Origin: Terriglobales bacterium
Lineage (GTDB): Bacteria; Eisenbacteria; RBG-16-71-46
Direction: 5' to 3'
Assembly: GCA_035542955.1 (NCBI GenBank)
Contig: DATKKO010000269.1
Coordinates: 1-38,089 of the forward strand
Length of the DNA stretch: 38,089 nt
Shown: positions 32,609-38,089 of the stretch, piece by piece
Layout: every line of letters starts with the position of its first letter
Position numbering within the stretch: the first letter of the stretch is position 1
The notes under the pieces: generated by a model
What the model was told of the DNA's origin: nothing
What the model saw: the letters and a program-made list of their open reading frames with translations, nothing else
The model's database searches: none
Translations under genes and position numbers: made by a program

Positions 32609-34684
32609 ATGGCCACCGCCCCGTCCCGTCCGATTCGCGCCCTGACCCTCGGCCTCCTCGCCGCGGCCACGCTCGCCGCGTTCGCCGGCGTCCTGCGCAA
32701 CGGCTTCGTCTTCTTCGACGACCCGCGCTACACGTACGACAACCCGCACGTGAACCAGGGCCTCCGGCTCGGCAACGCGCTCTGGTTCCTGACCCACGCG
32801 CACGCCGAGAACTGGCACCCGCTCACCTCGTGGTCGCACATGCTGGACGCCCAGCTCTTCGGACGCGCCGCGGCGGGCCCGCACGCCGTGAACCTGCTGC
32901 TGCACGTGCTCACCGCGGCGCTGCTGGTGATCGTGCTCTTCCGCTTCACGGGCGCGTGGTGGCGCAGCGCGGCCGCGGGTGCGCTGTTCGCGCTCCATCC
33001 GCTCCGGGTCGAGTCGGTCGCCTGGATCTCCGAGCGGAAGGACGTGCTGAGCGGACTGCTCTTCGTGCTCGCGCTCGAAGCGTACCGGCGCTGGGTGGCG
33101 CGGCCGTCGCGCGCGCGCTTCGCCGTGATCGTCGCGGTCTACGTCGTCGGGCTCATGGCGAAGCCGATGCTCGTGACCCTGCCGTTCGTGCTCGTGCTGC
33201 TCGACGTGTGGCCGCTCGGCCGGCTCGGGCGTGAGCGCGGCGAGCGCGCATCGGGCGCGCCGGCCCGTCCGCTCACGGGGCTCCTCGTCGAGAAGGCGCC
33301 GCTCTTCGCGATCGCCGCGATCTCGGCCGTGCTGACGTTCGTGGTCCAGCGCGCGGGCGGCGCGGTCGCGTCGGTGGGCTCGGTCTCGATCGGGCGCCGG
33401 CTCACGAACGCGCTGGTCTCGTACTGGGAGTACGCGGGCAAGAGCTTCTGGCCCAGCCGGCTCTCGGCGTTCTACCCGATGGGGCCGCCGCCGCCCACGC
33501 TCGGCGTGTGGGCGGCCGCGGCCGGCCTCGTGCTGGTCACCGCGCTCGCGCTCGCGGCGCGCCGCGCGCGCCCGTACCTCGCCGTGGGCTGGCTGTGGTT
33601 CGTGGGCATGCTCGTGCCCGTGATCGGCCTCGTGCAGGTGGGCGCGCAGGGGTTCGCGGACCGCTACACCTACCTGCCCGGCATCGGTCTCGCCGTGGCG
33701 GTGGTGTGGGCGGTGGGCGACCTCGTCGCGCGGTCGCGCCCGGCGCGCGCGGCCGCCGCGGTCGCGTGCCTCGTCGCGCTCGCGGGGCTCTCGGTCGTCA
33801 CCGTGCGCACCGTGTCGCTGTGGCGGGACACCTGGACGTTGTTCTCCCACGCGCTCGAGGTCACGCGCGAGAATCCGGTCGCCCATCAGAACCTCGGCGA
33901 CGTGCTCCTCAAGGATGGTCAGGTGCGCGGGGCGCTCCGGCACTTCGCGGAGGTGGTGCGCATCGCGCCTGGCTTCGGCGACGCCCACAACAAGCTCGGC
34001 GTCGCGCTGGCCCGGTCCGGGCGGTACGACGAGGCGATCGCTCAGTTCCGGATGGCGCTCGCGATCGAGGACATCGCCCCGGTACGGAACAATCTGGGTT
34101 ACACCGATCAGCAGATGGGGCGCCTGGACGACGCGATCCGCGAGTACCGGACAGCGCTGCTCCGTGATCCGAACTACTTGGTGTCGCTCGCCCACCTGAG
34201 CCAGGCGCTGGTGTCGTGCGGACGCTTCGCCGAGGCCGAGGCGCCCGCGCGGCGCGTGGTCGGGATGAGGCCCGGGGACCGCGAGGCGCGGCGCCTGCTC
34301 GCGGTGATCCTCGTCCGCGAGGGCCGGATCGAGGACGCGATCGCCGAGTACCGGCAGATCCTCGTGCGCCGGCCCAACGATCTCGACGCGCTGAACAACG
34401 TGGCCTGGATCCGGGCCACGCACGCGGAAGCGGCGCACCGCGACGGCGCCGAGGCGGTGCGGCTCGCCGAGCGCGCGCGCGACTCGAGCCCCGAGCCCGT
34501 GCCCGTGCTCTTCAGCACGCTGGCCGCGGCCTACGCCGAGGCCGGCCGCTTCCCGGACGCGGTGGCCGCCTGCGAGCGCGCGATCCGGCTCGCCCGGGGC
34601 GCGGGCGACCTCGAGCAGGCCGCAGCGTTCGCGCGCCAGCTCGCGTGCTATCGCGAGGGCAGGCCCTTCCATTTCGCGCCGTGA
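32609..34684 (+). CDS. TMTC/PMT-like polytopic membrane protein with C-terminal TPR repeats, paralog 2
   Basis: I use the internal ATG of ORF 32552..34684. Motifs are GFVFFDDPRY, NWHPLTSWSHMLD, FALHPLRVESVAWISERKDVLSGL and KPMLVTLPFVLVLLDVWPL. The C-terminal half is a TPR array ending in RPFHFAP. Confidence 0.9.
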   Translation: MATAPSRPIRALTLGLLAAATLAAFAGVLRNGFVFFDDPRYTYDNPHVNQGLRLGNALWFLTHAHAENWHPLTSWSHMLDAQLFGRAAAGPHAVNLLLHVLTAALLVIVLFRFTGAWWRSAAAGALFALHPLRVESVAWISERKDVLSGLLFVLALEAYRRWVARPSRARFAVIVAVYVVGLMAKPMLVTLPFVLVLLDVWPLGRLGRERGERASGAPARPLTGLLVEKAPLFAIAAISAVLTFVVQRAGGAVASVGSVSIGRRLTNALVSYWEYAGKSFWPSRLSAFYPMGPPPPTLGVWAAAAGLVLVTALALAARRARPYLAVGWLWFVGMLVPVIGLVQVGAQGFADRYTYLPGIGLAVAVVWAVGDLVARSRPARAAAAVACLVALAGLSVVTVRTVSLWRDTWTLFSHALEVTRENPVAHQNLGDVLLKDGQVRGALRHFAEVVRIAPGFGDAHNKLGVALARSGRYDEAIAQFRMALAIEDIAPVRNNLGYTDQQMGRLDDAIREYRTALLRDPNYLVSLAHLSQALVSCGRFAEAEAPARRVVGMRPGDREARRLLAVILVREGRIEDAIAEYRQILVRRPNDLDALNNVAWIRATHAEAAHRDGAEAVRLAERARDSSPEPVPVLFSTLAAAYAEAGRFPDAVAACERAIRLARGAGDLEQAAAFARQLACYREGRPFHFAP

Positions 34685-34741
34685 GCGCCGCGTCCCGGGC
34701 GCGAGCGAGCGGCCGCCGCGAGCGCATGGTAAGGTCCTAGC

Positions 34742-36904
34742 GTGACGAGGAGTGCCGGCACCGCGGGCCGTACCGAAGCTCCGCCCCCGGACGGCGCCGG
34801 GGCCGGCCCGAGCCCAGCGCCCGGGGTTCTTCCGGCCCGCCGCGACCTCGCGCTGCGAGGCGCCCTGCTCGCTCTGCTCGCGGCCGCGGTCGTGGCCGCT
34901 TTCTCTCCCGTGCTGCGCGCGGGCTGGATCCTCTTCGACGATCCCGAGTACGTCTTCGCCCAGCCGCACGTGCTCCACGGCCTCAGGCTCTCGGACGCGC
35001 TGTGGTTCCTCTCGCACGCCCAGAGCGCGAACTGGCACCCGCTCACCTCATGGTCGCACATGCTGGACGTGCAGCTCCTCGGCGTCCATCCAGGCGCGCA
35101 CCACGCCGTGAGCCTCGGCCTGCACGCGCTGAACGCGGTGCTGCTCGCGCTCGCGCTGTTCCGGCTCACGGGCTCGTGGTGGCGCAGCCTCGCGGTGGCC
35201 GCGCTCTTCGCGCTCCATCCGCTGCGGGTCGAATCCGTGGCCTGGATCTCCGAGCGCAAGGACGTGCTGAGCGGGCTCTTCTTCATGCTCACGCTGCTCG
35301 CCTACGCGTGGTGGACCGAGCGCCCCGGCCGGCTGCGGTACACGGCGCTGGTCGTGGCGCTCGCGCTCGGCCTGCTCGCCAAGCCTATGCTGGTCACGCT
35401 GCCCTTCGTGCTCGTGCTGCTCGACGTGTGGCCGCTGCGGCGCCTGCGCACGGCGGGCCTGAGCAAGCCGGAGCGCGCCCGGGCGCACGCGCTGCCCGCG
35501 CTCCTCGCCGAGAAGTGGCCGCTGTTCGCGCTGGCCGCGGCCTCGGCGGTCGTCACCTATCTCGTGCAGCACGGCGTGGGCGCCATGATCACCGCCCAGT
35601 TCATCACGCCGGGCCGGCGGCTCGCGAACGCGGTGCTCTCGATCTGGATCTACGCCGGCGCGACCGCGTGGCCGCGCCGGCTCGCGATCTTCTATCCGTA
35701 CGCGCCGGTGACGAACTGGCTCGGCGCCGCGCTGGGCGCGGCCGCGCTGGCCGCGGCCACTTGGGCGTGCGTCGCGCAGTGGCGCGCGCGGCCCTACCTC
35801 GCGGTGGGCTGGCTCTGGTTCCTCGGCATGCTCGTGCCGGTGATCGGCCTCGTGCAGGTCGGCAGCCAGGCCCACGCCGATCGCTACACCTACCTGCCCA
35901 CGATCGGGCTGCTCGTCGCGGTGGTGTGGCTCGTGGGCGACCTCGTTGCCCGCTCGCGTGCGCTGCGGATCGCGGCCGCGGTCGCGCTCCTGCTCGCGCT
36001 CGCGGGCTTCTCCGTGGCCACGGCGCGGCAGGCGGCGCTGTGGAAGGACACGCGCACGCTGTTCTCCGCCGCGCTGAGGGTCGACAAGGACAATCCGGTC
36101 GCCCACCAGTGCCTGGGCTCCGCGTATCTCCAGGACGGTAAGGTCGGGCCCGCGATCGCCGAGCTGAGCGAGGCGATCCGGCTCTCGCCGCTGTACCCGG
36201 ACGCGCACGCCAACCTCGGCAGCGCGCTGGGCATGGTCGGCCGCAACGAGGAGGCGGCCGAGCACTTCCGCGCCGCGCTGCGCATGAGCGACAAGGCCGA
36301 CATCCACCACAACCTCGCCGCCACGCTGGACAAGCTCGGACGCGTGGCCGAGGCGATCCCCGAGTACAAGGCGGCGCTCGCGCGCGAGCCGGACCGCGTG
36401 CTCACGCTGGTGATGCTGGGCAAGGACCTCGCCGCGCGCGGACGGCTTGCCGAGGCGGAGCCACTGCTCGCGCGCGCGGTCCGGCTGGATCCCGCGCAGA
36501 TCGAGCCGCGCCGCCTGCTCGCGGTGGCGCTCACGGTCGAGGGGAGGGTCGAGGACGCGATCCGCCAGTACCAGGAGATCCTGCGCCGGAGTCCCGACGA
36601 TCTCGACGCCTTGAACAACGTGGCTTGGATCCGCGCCACCCACGCCGACGCCGCGCACCGGAACGGCGCCGAGGCCGTGCGCCTCGCCGAGCGCGCGCGT
36701 GTGAAGAGCCCCGAGCCGCAGGCGCTGGTCTACAGCACGCTGGCCGCGGCCTACGCCGAGACCGGCCGCTTCGCGGACGCGGTCCGCACCTGCGAGCAGG
36801 CCATCGCCCTCGCCGAGCGAGATCACGCCGCGCAGGATCTCGATCACTTCCGCGAACAGCTCCGCTGCTACCGGGCGAGCCGGCCGTTCCACTTCGCGCC
36901 CTGA
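34742..36904 (+). CDS. TMTC/PMT-like polytopic membrane protein with C-terminal TPR repeats, paralog 3 (tandem duplicate of paralog 2)
   Basis: GTG start. It carries the same motif set as paralog 2 (GWILFDDPEY, NWHPLTSWSHMLD, FALHPLRVESVAWISERKDVLSGL, KPMLVTLPFVLVLLDVWPL, LNNVAWIRATHA, RPFHFAP). Confidence 0.9.
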   Translation: MTRSAGTAGRTEAPPPDGAGAGPSPAPGVLPARRDLALRGALLALLAAAVVAAFSPVLRAGWILFDDPEYVFAQPHVLHGLRLSDALWFLSHAQSANWHPLTSWSHMLDVQLLGVHPGAHHAVSLGLHALNAVLLALALFRLTGSWWRSLAVAALFALHPLRVESVAWISERKDVLSGLFFMLTLLAYAWWTERPGRLRYTALVVALALGLLAKPMLVTLPFVLVLLDVWPLRRLRTAGLSKPERARAHALPALLAEKWPLFALAAASAVVTYLVQHGVGAMITAQFITPGRRLANAVLSIWIYAGATAWPRRLAIFYPYAPVTNWLGAALGAAALAAATWACVAQWRARPYLAVGWLWFLGMLVPVIGLVQVGSQAHADRYTYLPTIGLLVAVVWLVGDLVARSRALRIAAAVALLLALAGFSVATARQAALWKDTRTLFSAALRVDKDNPVAHQCLGSAYLQDGKVGPAIAELSEAIRLSPLYPDAHANLGSALGMVGRNEEAAEHFRAALRMSDKADIHHNLAATLDKLGRVAEAIPEYKAALAREPDRVLTLVMLGKDLAARGRLAEAEPLLARAVRLDPAQIEPRRLLAVALTVEGRVEDAIRQYQEILRRSPDDLDALNNVAWIRATHADAAHRNGAEAVRLAERARVKSPEPQALVYSTLAAAYAETGRFADAVRTCEQAIALAERDHAAQDLDHFREQLRCYRASRPFHFAP

Positions 36905-36922
36905 GATCGCGGAGCCCCATCC

Positions 36923-38089
36923 ATGCGCATCGATCAGAAGCAGCGCCTCGACTCCCTGCTCGGCTGGCCGCTCCTGCTGTTGCTGCAGCCGCTGGTCCGC
37001 CTCGCGGGCAAGGTCGCGCGCCGCGATCACTCGACCGCGCCGCGCGGCGAGATCGCGGTCGTCAAGATGCTGGGCGGCGGGAGTCTGCTGCTCGCGTTCC
37101 CCGCGCTGCTGGGGCTCAGGCGGCGCCATCCGCGGCTGCCGCTCACGATCATCTGCGGCGCGGGCGTGCGGCCCTTCGCCGAGGCGCTCGCGATCTTCGA
37201 CCGGATCGAGGTCATCGACGATGGCGGCGGATTCTCGCGCCTCGCCGTCGGCGGCGCGCGCGCGCTCGCGCGCCTCGTCGGACGGCGCGTCGACACGGCG
37301 CTCGATCTCGAGGTCTACTCCGTGCTGAGCACGGTCTTCACGTCGCTCACCGGCGCGCGCAACCGCATCGGCTTCTACCTCGAGAACACGCAGTGGCGGC
37401 GGAACGTGCACACGCATCTCGTGTTCTTCAACCGTTCCGCCGGGGTCTGGCACTTCTACGACGCGATGGCGCGCCTGCTCGGCGCCGCGCCGGCGAGCGT
37501 GGAGGAGTGCCGCGCGCATCTCGCGCGCCGGCTCGAGCCCGCGGAGGGCGCCTCGCGCGCGCTCGCCGCGCTCGGTGGGCGCCCGTTCACCGCGGTGGGC
37601 GCGGGCTGCTCGGATCTCGGCACGGTGCGGCAGATGCCGGTCGAGGAGTGGCGCGCGTTCGCGCGCGCTCGCGGCGAGCAGGCGAGCCCGCGCCCCTGGG
37701 TGTTCCTCGGCGGCGTGTCCGATCGCGCGGTGTCGGAAGAAGTCGCGCGCGCGCTCGTCGCGGAGCTGGGAGCGGAGCGCTTCTCCTCCGCGAATCTGTG
37801 CGGCGAGCTTGCGCTCGAGGACTCGCTCGCCGTGCTCGCCCGCGCGCGCGGGTTCGTCGGCATCGACTCCGCGCTGCTCCACGCGGCCCGGCTGCTCGGC
37901 ATTCCGAGCGTGAGCTTCTGGGGAGCGACGGCCCCCGTCACCCGGCTGCGGCCGATCGCGGGTCTCGAAGAGATCGTCCACTACCGCCCGCCGATCTGCT
38001 CGCCGTGCATCCACGTGGCCGAGGAGCCGCCGTGCAAGGGCGACAACGTCTGCATGTGGCTCTTCACGCGCGATACGCCGCCGCTCGCG
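36923..38089 (+). CDS. Glycosyltransferase family 9 (heptosyltransferase-like) protein, 3'-truncated by the window edge
   Basis: Absent from the ORF track because it is open-ended. The ATG at 36923 is 18 nt after the previous stop. The translation is MRIDQKQRLDSLLGWPLLLLLQP...IAVVKMLGGGSLLLAFPALLGLRRRHP...FVGIDSALLHAARLLGIPSVSFWGATAP...CSPCIH...CKGDNVCMWLF. This gives the GT9 pattern xDSGxxHLAxxxGxPxVxxFGxT plus a C-terminal Cys motif. Confidence 0.85.
   Translation, partial: MRIDQKQRLDSLLGWPLLLLLQPLVRLAGKVARRDHSTAPRGEIAVVKMLGGGSLLLAFPALLGLRRRHPRLPLTIICGAGVRPFAEALAIFDRIEVIDDGGGFSRLAVGGARALARLVGRRVDTALDLEVYSVLSTVFTSLTGARNRIGFYLENTQWRRNVHTHLVFFNRSAGVWHFYDAMARLLGAAPASVEECRAHLARRLEPAEGASRALAALGGRPFTAVGAGCSDLGTVRQMPVEEWRAFARARGEQASPRPWVFLGGVSDRAVSEEVARALVAELGAERFSSANLCGELALEDSLAVLARARGFVGIDSALLHAARLLGIPSVSFWGATAPVTRLRPIAGLEEIVHYRPPICSPCIHVAEEPPCKGDNVCMWLFTRDTPPLA

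Noticed and set aside
1-38089. I looked through the whole window for tRNA/rRNA genes, IS elements, integrases, phage genes, toxin-antitoxin pairs, reverse transcriptases (retron/DGR), CRISPR arrays and in-frame UGA recoding.
   Set aside because: No T-loop-like GGTTCGAATCC-type motifs sit in cloverleaf context. There are no transposase, integrase or RT motifs in any plausible frame. There are no regularly spaced direct repeats. All supported genes are uninterrupted. This is a by-eye scan only; tRNAscan-SE, Infernal and ISfinder would be needed to be definitive.

Overview
This is a very GC-rich (about 70% by eye) chromosomal segment from a diderm bacterium. Lipoproteins, an OMP-like barrel and a GT9 heptosyltransferase-like gene support the diderm call, and the gene content has an Acidobacteria/Gemmatimonadota/FCB-like flavour that cannot be resolved without a database search. 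I support 33 protein-coding genes, two of them truncated by the window edges. I found no rRNA, tRNA, CRISPR array, transposase, integrase or phage genes.

Housekeeping genes:
- pepA (M17 leucyl aminopeptidase)
- an rlmD/rumA-type TRAM-SAM RNA methyltransferase
- a class-I aminotransferase
- a NUDIX hydrolase
- a YacP/NYN nuclease
- a DoxX protein
- an MTH1187/YkoF-like protein
- an ABC ATPase

The rest is envelope and signalling accessory content that has been shaped by paralogous duplication.

1. Two paralogous Cache-HAMP-PAS-HisKA-HATPase-REC hybrid sensor kinases. One is bracketed by two paralogous TPR + GWxTD-domain secreted proteins and a tiny membrane protein with a CxxC...HGxCxxC ribbon.
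2. Three TMTC/PMT-like polytopic GT-C + TPR proteins, two of them in tandem, next to a GT9 glycosyltransferase and a GAF-coiled-coil-GAF protein.
3. A DsbD_2-like / NapH-type polyferredoxin / small membrane protein operon.
4. A tandem pair of secreted paralogs, one carrying a degenerate 11-residue repeat.
5. An OMP-like barrel plus lipoprotein pair.

The most interesting candidates for an undescribed system are the GWxTD / Zn-ribbon / Cys-rich hybrid-kinase module at 15.5-21.4 kb and the bacterial TMTC-like glycosylation cluster at 28-38 kb.

All functional calls come from motifs read directly in the translations. No homology search was possible. Because of the GC content, the six-frame track is full of very long Arg/Ala/Gly-rich shadow ORFs, and I reject those.
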